Assembly: GCF_009914755.1 (NCBI RefSeq)
Contig: NC_060930.1
Reading direction: 5' to 3' (one strand)
DNA: 64,000 nt
Source of the DNA: the human T2T-CHM13v2.0 reference genome, Homo sapiens
The position numbers and the translations under genes are program-made. The first letter of the stretch is position 1; every line of letters begins with the position of its first letter. The notes below the pieces were generated by a model, which was given only the letters and a program-made list of their open reading frames with translations, was not told the origin of the DNA and did no database searches. Below are positions 1-17,717 of this stretch, in pieces.

Positions 1-537
1 TAGAGCAATTATCCTATGACAAGTGGATTATTTTGTGATGCCAATATAGAAATATCATTGTGTAACTGACATTATGATTTCTGGAGATTGAGTCACTATC
101 TGGAGCCCACATTTTTTATCTGCCTTTGGCTCATGCTATGCAACCAAAAGCATATAAACACCCACTGAAATATGCTTACTCATTATTTTATACTGATATT
201 TTACAGTTGATACTAAGGATTATCCTGGCACACCTGGTAATTTCCTGACTCTCAAGAGGGAAAAAAAATGTCCATTTTGCAAAGTGGAATTAGATGATCA
301 GAAAGCAAATAAAGTTGGAGTAGAACACACTGTAGCCTAATCTATTTTCTCCTGGGAATCCTTAAACACCCCACCTATCTGTAAGAGGATTCTAAGTAGA
401 ACTGTAATTAAACCCTGCTCATGGGGTAGAGGGTTTGGGGAGACAGGAAGAGGTTCAACAACTAAATGAGGTTGTCTGTATTTGATTTGGGATACCAGGC
501 TACTGCATGTTGAGAGACATCAGTACATGCTAAGTAA

Positions 538-980
538 TTGTATCAGTCAGTTTTCACTAGGCTATGCTGCAATTACAAATGCAAATTTCAGTGGCTTATG
601 ACAAAGGCTTATTTCTCACTCACATACATGAGAGCAGTAGGTCAGCTGCAGCACTGCCCCATGTCGTCTTCGTTCAGGTTCTAAGCAGAAGGAACTGCCC
701 CTATCTGGGACAGGCTATTCTCAAGTGGCAGGAAGAAAACGAAATGGCTAAAGCATCGTAACAGGTCTTAAAACCTTCACTTGGCCATGCAGTCCCCCAG
801 TTCTGCTCACATTCCACTGACCAAAGCGAGTATAAGGCTAAGTCTGCTCTTGCAAAGGGGCCGGGAAGTATGGTCCACCCACAAGGAGGCACTGAAAGTC
901 ACCTAACAGTGGGTGGAAGTATACACAATCCTCTTACAGAAAGAGGAGCAAACAATTGGGAACGGTAGTGTACTCTGCCA
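538..980 (-). mobile_element. Old MaLR LTR (MLT1J/K-like)
   Basis: tgtatcagtcag...ggctatgctgc...cagtggctta...ttatttctcactcac resembles the reverse-complemented MLT1 3' end. Confidence 0.6.
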
Positions 981-1143
981 CATGAATCATAACAGTTTTA
1001 CTTGTTATTTAAGGAAATAGTGCCATGCTCTAACTGACCTGGTTGGCTCAGCAACTATAGTCAAGGACTTTTAAACAGTTTTATCAGTTTCCACTGCTAG
1101 ACACAGCTCTACTTCATTTCCTCTGATCAATTGCCTCACTCAC

Positions 1144-1356
1144 CGTGCAGAGAAAGAGTTCCATTCCTCACAGCCAGGAACTTGACTCCATAGGGAAAGA
1201 AGGGAGTTGAGTAGGAACTCCCGTAGAGTGTGATCTGAGCTCTGCCTTGGAAGGGCTTGTCTTCGGATCCAATCCGGAGCTCTCCACCATCAGAAACAAG
1301 GATGGCGTGTGCCCTGAGCTCGATGGGTCCTGGGGCCATGAAAATCAGCTTGCCCC
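1144..1356 (-). CDS. PKHD1: PKHD1 (fibrocystin) internal coding exon, probably exon 37; C-terminal part of first G8 domain
   Basis: Minus strand: acceptor ttag|GGGGCAAG (AG at 1358-1357) and donor CACG|gtgagt (GT at 1143-1142). 213 nt, phase 1-1. Translates (G)[70 protein letters not shown](G), recognised as fibrocystin. Confidence 0.97.
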
Positions 1357-1786
1357 CTAATGGACAAAGGGAAAATTGTCAGTCCCTGGGAGGATAAGGC
1401 TCACCGTTTTGTCAGTTTCAATGCCTGATGAAATCCCCTTCATTTAAATACTTCTGCTGGAATGTAGACTTATTTTATCATGCTCTCTCTTGTAGAAGCA
1501 CAGTAGGGTAGACCAGACATTCAGGAGTGGAAGCACTATTATTTAGCCAGTTTAGGTTAGCTATTACTATTCTCTGCTGCTTTATTACATTTTCATGACA
1601 ATAATCTAAATGTCCAGCAATTTAGGAATGGTTAAATAATGTATGAGAAGACCACTAACTTTACCATTTAACAATAGATAAAATTAAGAAAAAAAAAACT
1701 GGGACATATACAAGAAATAGGGCTAGAAGAAGATGTGCCAAAATTGTAAGAATTATAGTAAAAGGAAATGTAACTAGGGCTAACAC

Positions 1787-2252
1787 TGTGGCATTTGTAG
1801 CATTTTAGCTGACCAGCATCCATTATACTTTCTTTTGTTAACAGACCCTAATTTCCTTGAGGTATTGCTCTGCCCCATTGACTAGAGCTGAGTGGAACTG
1901 TCAAGCAAGACATCTTATCCTACCATGGCCAGAGTCACATACTCGGGCTTTAAGAGAAATATGGAGCAAAAGGGAAAAGAGGTAGGAAATATTTAGATCT
2001 CAGTTCCAGTGGTGGCATTCTAAGGAGCCTGGGAAGAACACCTGCTTCTGAGATGCCCACCTGCCCATCTCCCTGCCTGCCCCACCACCCGCCACTTGCA
2101 TCAAATGCTTTGATTCCTACGTATTTCTGTCCCTGAGTTTTCAGACTGCTTTCCACTGATTAGTAGGTTACCCAATACCTTCCCAATACATTCCATTTTT
2201 AAAAGAAAAGTTGGGTTCTCTTATTGGCAACCAGATAACCTTAACTGATACA
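1787..2252 (+). mobile_element. Old ERVL-type LTR (LTR16/LTR33-like)
   Basis: Starts tgtgg and ends gcaacc...taactgataca; subfamily uncertain. Confidence 0.45.
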
Positions 2253-2589
2253 TATACCATTTTGCTCTGATGTCCAAATTTTCAGTAACACAAGAATATT
2301 CGTTTATAATAGAATTATTTTGCATTGTGAGATTAAATAATTTAAAAATTAAAAAGATATTTTCATTTTTATAATATCTTTCTTTAAAAGGCTTTAGAAT
2401 GTTTATATTTTACGTAGAATTTTCTCAATAATGTCAAAATAATTAAAGCATCCCATATGAATAAACACTTTAACTTCAATAAGCTATTTAGTCCATCTTT
2501 CTCCTGCAAGTGGTTTACAAAAATACCAGACTAGACCCTTCCATCCTGTAACAAAGTAGTCAGAATTGTATCTTTATATCAGACACACC

Positions 2590-3218
2590 AGAGGTCCTCT
2601 TTTCTAAATCCAACAATAGTTTCCCATCTCACTCAGAATAGAAGTCAAAGTCCTTACATTGGGCTACAAAAGGTCCCTCGTGATTTGCTACCCAACCTCC
2701 AATACCTCTCTAATATCATTTTCTAAAGCTCACCTGTTCACACATATGCTACAAACATATTGGCCTGCCTGTTAGTTCTCAAACAGTCCTCAGGGCATAA
2801 GCTCTTCCCTCTGGAAGGTTCTTTTGATATTCCCGTGAATATCATGAATAAGAATTATCAAAAATATCGGAAATATCTAAAATGTTATTGGAATTATCGG
2901 AATGTTCTGATATTCCCATGGCTCACTCTCCCTTGTTACTATTCAAATGTTAACTTCTCACCAAGGCCTTCCCTCTCCAGTCTATATAAAATAGCACACC
3001 CTAGCCCCTTGCCTAAATGCCTTTTTCTTTGTAATACTTGATATCAGGCATATTATATATTTACAGGTTTATTTTCTGCCCTCTCCCCACCAGAATACAT
3101 GCTTCCTGAGGGGAATTATCTGTTTTGTTCACTTCTAAATTATTGGTGTCTAGAAAAGTGGCTGGTAGGTAGTTGGCACTCAACACACAATTAATGGTTG
3201 AGTGAATGAATGAATGGA
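2590..3218 (+). mobile_element. L2 3' fragment
   Basis: Typical L2 motifs, ending ggcactcaa...gttgagtgaatgaatgaatg. Confidence 0.75.
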
Positions 3219-3613
3219 CATATCTTTTTGGAGATTCTGATTTAAGTGCCTCTATTTCCTTATATACAAACACACACACACTCTCCCATTTTCTCAGAAA
3301 GGATGTTGTTCTTACACTTAATTTATAAGCCTACATAGTGTCTCAATGAGCAAAGGGGGGCAAAGGATATAGAGATAGCAAAGTATCAGAAATGCCTCAA
3401 AAGGCAGATTCTACTATAATAAGAAGAGTCTTGGTGAGATGTAGTGGAGGGCAAAGACTCTTCATCTGCTAATGTAGTCATAAATCCAGAGTGCCAAGTT
3501 ATTGAGTTGAGTTTTTGTTGCTTTCCAGAAATCACAGCTGGAAGTAGTTAAACATGCACTGGAGAAATGAGAGGGAGAGAGGAAAAAGGCAAAAATGACT
3601 TTAGTCATTATCA

Positions 3614-4486
3614 TGTAAACCAAAAATAAAATTTTAAGTCCCCCAAACCAACTGAATTGACCCCTCCTCTTAGGCAAGGGCGTTCCAAAGTTAAACTGTA
3701 AAACTAGTTCAGGCCATGACGGGGAGTGTCAGAGATGCCTCATTATACCCTCCTCCCTTTGGAATTCAGAAATAAGTAACCAGCATTAACATTAAAACAG
3801 AGACATTAAGACTGACAAAATAGACTCTAGCAATAAGACACCAAATTCCAACCTGACTAGTACAGCACCACATGACAGATAGCCGGCCCTGAAAGAAACT
3901 GAAGTATTTTACCCCAAAATATATTAAACGGCCCTGCAAAGCTGTCTCTTGTGGGGAAAATCTACATTCTGTAGAAAATTCCCTTCCTTTTCTGGATCTT
4001 TACCCTGAGCCAGGAGAGTGCTAACTAAGAGTCTGGAACCTTTTTAGATCTGCTAAGAAACATTTACAGTCTATTCTCTCTGAAGCCTGCTACCTGGAGG
4101 CTTCATCTGCATAATAAGAACCTTGGACTCCACAACCACTTATCTTAACCCAGACACTCCCTTCTGTTGATTCCAGGTCTTTAGATAAGTTAATAAGTTA
4201 ACTCTTTCAACCAATTGCCAGTCAGAAAATCTTTGAATCCATCTATGACCTGGAAGCCCCCACTCCTACTTGTCTAACCTTTCCAGACCAAACCAATGTA
4301 CATCTTATATGTATTGATTGATGTCTTACCTCTCCCTAAAACATATAAAACCAAGCTGTAGCCTGACCATCTTGGGCACATGTACTTACGACCTCTTAAG
4401 ACTGTGCCCCAGGCCATGGTCACTGAAATTTGGCTCAGAATTAATCTCTTCAAATATTTTACAGAGTTTGACTCTTTTCATTTAAT
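3614..4486 (+). mobile_element. MER4D/E-type ERV1 solo LTR
   Basis: Starts TGTAAACCAAAAATAAAATT; ends tggctcagaa...aaatattttacagagtttgactctttt. Confidence 0.85.
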
Positions 4487-4918
4487 TGTTTACCTCCGTC
4501 TTAGTGCAGAGACAGTGATCAATAAATGTTTGACTCAATAGTCAAATATGGAGGCCACTTCTTCCCTAACTTCTTTTCAGCTTTCCTCAGCTCCTTTCCT
4601 CAAGACTCTTTTCTTCAATTCTAAAGCCCAAGCCATATGCCATCAGTAATAGTCACGGGATGTATACTTGGACCAGACCCCTTCAAGGACCTTTTCTTTC
4701 AGTCACAATTTAGAATGACACACCCCACATAGGTATCCAGTTTCTCCATCTGTAAAATGGGCATGGTAAGAATTTCACCCTCAGAAGATTAAGGTGAGAT
4801 TTATTGAAATAGTTCTTATAGATCCCTGGTCTGGAGTCTGACACCTATTCAACCCTTAATGCAATGGTCTCTGTGGCTATCATCACACTCACCATCTTCA
4901 CTTCCTCCATTATTGCTA

Positions 4919-5272
4919 TGAAACCATCCTTGCAAAGATTCTGACAGTGAGAAAAATCTAACATGGCTTACTCCATCTTGTTCCTAGCCTCACAGGCTGG
5001 CTGGCTTCGCTCATTCCTAGGTGTAAGCCAAGCTAACTACGGGAGGAATTTAGTTTATAGTCTAACCTTAAACAAGGATGATAATAGCCCTTCCCAAAAT
5101 TAAACTACCTTTGTAAAACTAATGAAAGGCCACAAGGCTAGGATTATAAGAGGTACCAAAATTCTGCTAAGATGTTTAGCATATTTAAATGATTACTAGC
5201 CATTGTTCAAGAGGTCACAAGATTTGCAACTCTTCCAAATACTCCAATAGATAACATCACTATTTTAGAAAC
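4919..5272 (+). mobile_element. LTR8A solo LTR, 5' part (interrupted by HERV-H)
   Basis: TGAAACC...gccaagctaact.gggaggaatttagtttatagt...tagataacatcactatt matches LTR8A. Confidence 0.85.
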
Positions 5273-5718
5273 TGTCAGGCCTCTGAGCCCAAGCTAAGCC
5301 ATCATATCCCCTGTGACCTGCACGTATACATCCAGATGGCCTGAAGTAACTGAAGAATCACAAAAGAAGTGATATTTAAATGTCCTGTTCCTGCCTTAAC
5401 TGATGACATTCCACCACAAAAGAAGTGAAAATGGCTGGTCCTTGCCTAACTGATGACATTACCTGGTGAAATTCCTTCTCCTGGCTCATCCTGGCTCAAA
5501 AAGCTCCCCCACTGAGCACGCTGTGACCCCCCACTCCTGCCCGCCAGAGAACCCCCCTTTTTCCTTTACCTACCCAAATCTTATAAGATGGCCCCACTAC
5601 TATCTCCCTTCACTGACTCTTTTTTCGGACTCAGCCCACCTGCACCCAGGTGAAATAAACAGCCTTGTTGCTCACACAAAACTTGTTTGGTGGTCTCTTC
5701 ACACGGACGCAAGTGAAA
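5273..5718 (+). promoter_or_regulatory. LTR7 5' LTR
   Basis: TGTCAGGCCTCTGAGCCCAAGCTAAGCC...AATAAA...GTGAAA; TATA region reads cttataagat here versus cttataaaac in the 3' LTR. Confidence 0.96.
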
Positions 5719-5721
5719 TTT

Positions 5722-5739
5722 TGCTGCCATGACTCAGAT
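5722..5739 (+). other. Degenerate tRNA-His primer binding site
   Basis: tgctgccatgactcagat versus TGGTGCCGTGACTCGGAT (3 mismatches), directly after the 5' LTR. Confidence 0.85.
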
Positions 5740-6469
5740 CAGGGAACCTCCCTTGGGAGATCAATCCCCTGTCCTCCTGCTCTTTGTTCCGTGAGAAAGA
5801 TCCACCTATGACTTCTGGTCCTCAGACCAAGGAACATCTCACCAATTTTAAATCCGGTAAGCAGCCTCTTTTTACTCTCTTCTCCAACCTCTCTCACTAT
5901 CCCTCAACCTCTTTCTCCTTTCAATCTTGGTGCCACACTTCAATCTCTCTCTTCTCTTAATTTCAGTTCCTTTCCTTTTCTGGTGATGCAGAAGATGCGT
6001 TTTATCCATGGACCCAAAACTCTGGCGCCAGTCACGGACTCAGGAAGACAGCCTTCCCTTGGTGTTTAATCATGCGGGGATGCCTGCCTGATTATTCACC
6101 CACATTTCAGAGGTGTCTGACCACGTGGGGATGCCTGCCTTGGTCCTTCACCCTTAGCAGCAAGTACTGCTTTTCTGGGGGGCAAGGACCCCCCCGACCC
6201 CTTCTCTCCATGTCTCTACCCCTTCTCCACTTTTCTGGGGGGCGAGAACCCCCCCAACCCCTTCTCCTTCACCCTTAGTGGCAAGTACCGCTTTTCTGGG
6301 GGGCAAGAACGCCCAGACCCCTTCTCTCCGTGTCTCTACCCCTTCTCCGCTTTTCTAGGGGGCAAGAACCCGCTGACCCCTTCTCTCCGTGTCTCTACTC
6401 TCTCTTTTCTCTTGGCTCGCCTCCTTCACTATGGGCAGCCTTCCACCCTCCATTCCTCCTTCTCCCTTA

Positions 6470-10560
<4,091 letters not shown>

Positions 10561-11005
10561 TGGTGCTATCCCCAAACCACCATTCTTAACTCCCTCTTAA
10601 AGTAAATAAATAATCTTTGCTGGCAGGGCTATGCTGAACCTCCTTAAGCACTCTCTAGTTAGATGTCCTGGATCCTCCCAATTCTTAATCCTTTAATACC
10701 TGCTTTTCTCCTTGTCTTATTCCATTCTTTTTCCAATTCATACAAAACCATATCCAGGCCATCACCAATCATTCTATATGACAAATATTTCTTCTAACAA
10801 CCCCACAATATCACCCCTTACCACAAAACCTTCCTTCAGCTTAATCTCTCCCACTGTAGGTTTCCATGCCGCCCCTAATCCCGCTCGAAGCAGCCCTGAG
10901 AAACATCGCCCATTATCTCTCCATACCACCCCCAAAAATTTTCACCATCCCAACACTTCAATACTATTATGTTTTATTTTTCTTATTAATATAAGAAGAC
11001 AGGAA

Positions 11006-11451
11006 TGTCAGGCCTCTGAGCCCAAGCTAAGCCATCATATCCCCTGTGACCTGCACGTATACATCCAGATGGCCTGAAGTAACTGAAGAATCACAAAAGA
11101 AGTGATATTTAAATGGCCTGTTCCTGCCTTAACTGATGACATTCCACCACAAAAGAAGTGAAATGGCCAGTCCTTGCCTAACTGATGACATTACCTTGTG
11201 AAATTCCTTCTCCTGGCTCATCCTGGCTTAAAAAGCTCCCCCACTGAGCACTTTGTGACCCCCACTCCTACACGCCAGAGAACAACCCCCCTTTTTCCTT
11301 TAGCTACCCAAATCTTATAAAACGGCCCCGCCCCATCTCCCTTCACTGACTCTCTTTTCGGACTCAGCCCACCTGCACCCAGGTGAAATAAACAGCCTTG
11401 TTGCTCACACAAAGCCTGTTTGGTGGTCTCTTCGCATGGATGCGAGTGAAA
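11006..11451 (+). promoter_or_regulatory. LTR7 3' LTR
   Basis: Direct repeat of 5273-5718, preceded by the polypurine tract; AATAAA retained. Confidence 0.96.
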
Positions 11452-11843
11452 AACACTAAGATTGGTCTTTTGAGATTTTTTTTTAGGCTTTTGTATTTCT
11501 GACCACCAGCTGACTTCACTCAGATTCATGACCCAAGACTCAACCAGTGCTGTGGCCCTTACCTAAAGACAGACTCAGTACACAAGGACTGTTTTCCATA
11601 CCCCTATGATTTCATCCCCAACAAATCAATATTCCCCATACCCTAGTTCCCTGCCCAACAAACTACCCTTGAAAACCCCTAACCTCTGAGCCTCCAGGGA
11701 GATTGATTTGGGTAATAACCCCATCCCCCAAATGGTGTGGAGGGCCTTGCATCAGTTAAATGCTTTCTTTACTGCAACGCCATGGTCTTGACGAATTGAT
11801 TTTGTCTGTGCAACTGGCAGGAAGAACCCACCGGGTGATTAGA
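11452..11843 (+). mobile_element. LTR8A solo LTR, 3' part
   Basis: ctaagattggtcttttgagat...gcaggaagaaccca.cgggtgatta continues the LTR8A consensus from where it stopped at 5272. Confidence 0.85.
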
Positions 11844-14079
11844 TCTACAACCTGCTCAATTTCTACAAGTGCCCTACCACTTGAGCACTGCTAGACCATC
11901 TGCATCCAACATCTCTCTGTTACTGGTCCTTTTGAAATATTTTGTCATATATAATATTTCATACTCTAAGGTAAAGCAGCAAGGTCAGTCTACAGGCTCC
12001 ATGCCAGAGCAGTACCACACTGCTTACCAGACTTCCAAAGGATTCCCTAACAATTTTGACTTTTTTCCTTTCATTGTCATTACATAGAAATGCAGTAATA
12101 ATCATGAGTCCCAGTGTGAGCAAGAAGGAAGAAATATGACCTGGGCTACAGATCAAATTTTATGTTAACTAAAATTTTTCCCTCACAGCCACATGTCATT
12201 AACATCCTAAATAATTATATTCAACTGGTAGAACATGGATTTGTATGACAGGACTGCCGCATTGTAAATAGTCAGGAAATCTAAACTGACCTTGATGAGC
12301 AAGTGGTAAAGGCAGGGAACAAAATCAAGGTTCCTGTCCTGAGTCTGCTATTGACCTCTGAATGAGCCTCAGTAAGTCCCATACAATTGCTGGGCCTCAG
12401 ATTACTCAGGTCCCAAATCTCTCCTACTCAGTGCCTATTAATGGTCTGTGGTTTCATCCGCAAAGTGGAAGGTGGAATTATGAGTTCCTTTCAACTCTAG
12501 AACACTTGACGTCTACATCTTTATGAATGCAGTCAGATGTGCATGGGACACTAATGGAGGCACAAGGCTCATGTTTTCCTGACACTGCCTGTGCTGCAGT
12601 AATCACTGAATTTTTTCTTAAGCAAGATATGAGATGCATAGTCAGGAATTCATATAAGACTACAGGGAAAACAAGAAAGCTAACATTTATTCAGCACCTA
12701 CCATGTACCAAAATCTGTAGATATATTGTCTAAAATGACCTTCAAAACCAGTCTGTGAGATCAAGATCACATTCTTTATTTCACAGAGCAGAATGTGGCT
12801 AAGAGGCATTCATACCTATTCCAGCCCAGAATACACAGAACCAAACTAGAACCCAGGACTACCCAACCAAAAGGCTCAGATCCTATCCATTTGCACAAAC
12901 CTTCCCCAGTAGCTCTCAATTCACTAGGGTTGTTCTCATAGTTACATTTAAGGAAAAACATGTGTGAACCTAAGAAAGTTTGCCTATGGCTTGTTTATAC
13001 ATGATTTATTTTAATTTTGTTAATGAAGATATACCTTGTCTTTTTCCAAAAAGGATTTGAAACAGATTACAAGGATTAGTGGGTAAATATATAAACATGG
13101 GCTTTGTCCCTTTTACCATGAAGCAAAATGTTAAATACACTGAAACAAATTGGTAGAAATTTTGAAACATCATTTACTGACAGGAACTAATAATGATGCT
13201 AATGAAGGGAGAAAAACTCATCCCAAAGAAAATGAATTATCTGCGTTGTCAGGAGTGTCATAAACAGGACTAATTAATTAATATGAACATCATTAACTCC
13301 TGCTAAAAAGCATCCCCACCCCGCTTTATTAGTGGCAAATATAAGAAAATCTAGGTACATTTAGAAGAAAGTTTGATGAGGAATTCAGCTATTTTTGCCT
13401 GAAATAATTAGATAAACAAATGAAACCTTCTTTATGTGAAAGAAGATAAAGTTTATACTTAATCTATCTTTATGCCAAGGCACCAAGATTTTCATCCTCA
13501 CACTTTATTAGTTTAAAATAAATATACAGTGGGCTGCTTTAAAGGATAGTTACTTGAGTATGGGAGGGCTGTGGGAGGACTTTATTCCATACTTTATAGA
13601 GCTTGACCCCATTTCTAAATGCTGAAATAAAGAGCAGGGCTGAAATCAGCCTTTGGCTGTGACCCTTAAATTGCTTGTTATGACTTTCATGAAAGCTGAC
13701 TATGTCCCACAAGTAACCTTGGGTAATTTTATAAAAATCAATCAACCATCATTATTGTTACTTCCCTCTAAAATAAATAAATGAACACAACTTTTTATAT
13801 GTAATCACCTCTTTCCATTAAACATCTCTTTTGTTTCTTTTAAAGGGAAGTAAAAGAGACTTTTAGCAGCTAGCTAATGTTTGCAAAGTACATCAAAATC
13901 TGCTTTTGGCTAACCCAACAATTAGTCATCCTCTATAATAACCACAAAATAATTTGTTGTTTTTTTTAAGAAAACAAATACACAATTCTATTTTCCCCCT
14001 TACAGAAAAAATTAAAGTATAAATATTATACCATACAATGCTAGTCTTCAAAAGAGTGGCTATACCTACTATCTTCAAC

Positions 14080-15690
14080 TCTTTTTCATGACTGTCTTTT
14101 GAACCCTCCCTGGTCAGGCCTTTACCTGATGAACCTGCAAAACTGCTCCTCTCAAGGCCACAGATGGCAACCACATTGGTGAATCTCAGGCTCAATGCTC
14201 AGTCCTCACCCTTCCCGAGTGACCAGCAGCATTTGACAACTTGGTCACTTCTTTCCTAAAACTCCCTCTCCTCACTTGCCCAGCCTCTTTGTTTTTCTTT
14301 CTTTCATTTTCTCATCTCTATTTAAAAAATCCAATGTTTCTATACTTCTATCAAATTTTCATCATGTGCTATATTCTATACATTGTATTGAATCGCTAAA
14401 GAAAACCTCATAAAATGCAAAAGTGCTAGTAACTCATAAAAGAACAGAAGAATAAACTCTTCTATTTAGAACCTTTGTCTTTCCTTCACCTGGTATCTAA
14501 TTTCATGTCTTCATTTTTAGCAAATACTAAGAAAGCTCCCTATTGACTCAATGACAGTGAGCACATGGGACTTTTCTAATTAAGTAGGTTGGGTACAAAC
14601 CCAGCTGGTTTTCCTCTTACTTCTTAGGCATCCTCTTCTCAGCCTCTTCTGCCTGATTCCTCCTGATCATCCCAACCACTGACACTTGGTGGGTCCCAAG
14701 CCTCAGCCCTCTAAACACGTTTCTTATCAGTCTCTGTAGACCATGCCAGTTGTCCCATCTTGTCTTAAGGTTTTAAACACCATCGCACGCTAATTGTCAA
14801 TGACTCTCAAATTTATATCTCCAAGCTTGTGCCCTCAGCTCAAGATTCACATACCCAACTGCCTACTCAACATCTCTACTTGGATGTCTCATAGTTTCTT
14901 AACTATGAGTATCCATGAACTCCTTTCCTTGTCTTGCCCCACAGATCTTCCCTCAGTCCTTCCCATTCCATGAATGGTAACTTCATCCTTGCAATTGCTA
15001 AGTCTGAAAATCACAGAGTTAACTTTCACTGTCTCTCACTCCATAATCAATACTTCAGGAAATTGTATGCATTCCACCTTCAAAACGTCCCCTATAACCC
15101 AACCACTTACCACCTCCACATCTACTTCTGGGGTCCAAGTCACTCTCATCTCACCCATGGATTATTGTAACAGCATCTTAACTTAGCTCCCTGTTTCTGC
15201 CCTTATCCTCTACCTCAGGGTTAATTCTCAAAACAACACTCAGTGTTGTCATTCCTTCTTTTCATGTGAACCATATCGTGTTACCTCTCTGCCAAAATTC
15301 TTCAATGGCTCCCATCATATTTAGAGTCAAAGCCTATCAAACCTTACAGCGTTGGTTCTCTCTGGCCCCATCTGCCTCTGCTCTCCCCCTTGTTCCAATA
15401 CTCCTTTTTGCTCCCTTGCCTCACAACATTTGCTCTCGCTGTGTGCCAATATCCCCAACTACCACCTCCAATGTGTATTCCCTATTCACCTCTCCTGCTG
15501 CATTTTTCTCCATGGTACTAAGCAAATTTAACAAAAACTATAATTTTCTTATTTTGTTTATTGACTGTTTTCCTTCTAGAAGTAAACACCATGAGAGCAA
15601 GATTTTGGCCTGTTTTGTTCACAGCCATAGTCCCTGTGCCTGGAACATGGGGAACGTGTTAAGTGATCACTCAATACTTGTTGAATAACG
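14080..15690 (+). mobile_element. Fragmented L2
   Basis: L2 ORF2/3' motifs (tgactctcaaatttatatctcc, ccaactgcctactcaacatctctacttggatgtc; ends ctcaatacttgttgaata). Confidence 0.75.
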
Positions 15691-17236
15691 AGGAGTTGAA
15701 ATTATCAAAGTAAATGAGGTCTCCCAGGGAGGACATGTAGAGTAAGAACAGAAGAAAGGTAAGGTGGGTAAAGGTAGGGAAACAACTGTCAACCATCAAC
15801 ATTTAAAGGCTAGAATAAGAAACAAGATTCTTGAGAGCGGATCAAAGAATTAGGTGAGTTAGAAGGATCATAAGGTTGTAGACATAGGCTCAACGAAGAG
15901 CCTTAAGAACTGTTAAAGAGGTAGATGAGTGTGTCAAACCCTTAATGCCATTTTTAGGAAGATCAAGAGAGAAAAGGTGCACAGCCAGCATGTACAGAGT
16001 TAGGATGTGAATGTCAGGTGATAAAATAAACCCAGGGAGAGTGATTCTATTTTTAAACAGAGGAAAAATGAGAGGTAAATGGAGGCAAGACCAGGGAGGG
16101 ATCTGAGAACCCCAATTCATTAGATTAATCTGTATCACCAAGCTAGATAATTCATTTACTCAAAGCTTGAACTATCTAAATTTTTAGATGTAAACTAATT
16201 TACTTGCCTACATTGATTAACCCCCAATTCACCATTTTTTCTTAAAAAATTTAGCAGCCTATATATTCTTACCTTTCAATTATTAAATAGTCAAATGGAT
16301 AGTCGAGGAAGCCTGTGGAATTCCCTTTCCCTGGAGAAAAGGAATCATCCATTCAAGATGGACAAATCCTGCTCTGCCTGGGTAAGGAGAGCTGGCTGAG
16401 TGATCTGGGCAGAGTTGGAGTATATCCCTGTACCTTACTGTGCTGTGCTGCTCTGGGAGCAGGAGCCAGGAGAAGGTGAGGAAGAGGAGGAAAGAGGAGC
16501 ATTTAGAGAAGGCACCCACAGCCCAAAGAAACCTGCATTGTGACACGGATGGACACAGCTTCCTTTGTTGGCAAGATCCGGATTAGACTTGTGCCTGATC
16601 CACTGGAGCAGAGCCTGGGAAGCCTTCGAGGTGGGCTTGTCCCCAGCCAGAGAGGCGGAAAATCAATTTGGCTGGCAAACGAGAGCCCCCAAGAGCTTAG
16701 TCCACGCTCCATAATCCTATCCACTAGCAGCTCAGGAAATAGATGCCTGAGCCCTCACATATTCATGGGGGATGTGAGGCATAAATCAGGCTTTAAGGAT
16801 TGGGGGCAAAGGGAATGGACTCTCTGGCTGGCTACTAATTAATCAAGCACAGAATACCTAAACCTAGCAACCTGGGATGGAGCCACACACACACAGAAGC
16901 AGAGGCTGCTGCTGCTGCTGTTTTTCCCATTTTTCAAAATTTCAATTAAAATAGATATCAGAAGAAATTTTCCCCTTTAGCTGATACTGCTTATGCATCC
17001 CCCTGTTCTTCCTTTAATTAAAAAACATGCTTATTGCAATACTTGCCAGAATCACTTTAACGGTATTTTAATTGTAATGTCTCTGCCTGATTAAAAAAAG
17101 AAAATATGAACTAGAAAGTGTTTGCAAAAATGTTCACAGGATGCAGGACAAGAATCAGACACCTCCCCAGAATGGATGCCACATACTAATTCCTTAATTA
17201 GCCTGGTACTGCAGTCAAATGGGCAATATAGAGAAA

Positions 17237-17244
<8 letters not shown>

Positions 17245-17280
<36 letters not shown>
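17245..17280. repeat. (TA)n microsatellite following poly-A
   Basis: Directly visible, about 18 units. Confidence 0.95.
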
Positions 17281-17286
<6 letters not shown>

Positions 17287-17541
17287 AAATCACTGACTCA
17301 GAGCTGCAAACAATAGCAGTTGGGAGAAACCATTTTCATCAACTCAGATTTCCCTGGCGGGGTAGGGACCTGTGCATCCAACTAAAAATGCTGTGCTCAA
17401 GATAAGCCCATTCAATGTGGCCAGCCAAGTTTCCACTGTTCTTTGCTAAAGGTCTCATAGCCTTTGGGAAATGAGTAGTTGGGCCAGGCTAATTGGCTTC
17501 TGGTCCTCACAATTCCATAGGGCTCCTTTTATTGTTTTAGG

Positions 17542-17717
17542 CTAGTAGTTCTCAAACTTGAACCTGCATCAGAATCACTTGGATGTCTTAAAACACAGAC
17601 TACTGGGCCTCATTCCCAGAGTAGGTTTACTGTAGAGCTCCCAAATTTACAGTTTGTATAAGTTACCAGGTGATGCCAGTGCTGCTGACTGGGGGCTACA
17701 CTTTGAGAATCACTACT
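17542..17717. mobile_element. MER5A DNA transposon (hAT-Charlie MITE)
   Basis: Terminal inverted repeats tagtagttctcaaact...ctttgagaatcactact; internal gcatcagaatcac. Confidence 0.8.

Noticed and set aside
1136-1339. 67 aa ORF as a standalone small gene
   Set aside because: It is an internal Met within the PKHD1 exon reading through the splice donor.
6165-6410. Tandem ~55-65-nt repeats (cttttctggggggcaagaaccc...)
   Set aside because: A normal feature of the HERV-H leader region.
16420-16930. GC-richer unique stretch with 70-100 aa ORFs; possible extra exon
   Set aside because: No recognisable protein similarity or convincing splice-site pair; cannot be supported from sequence alone.
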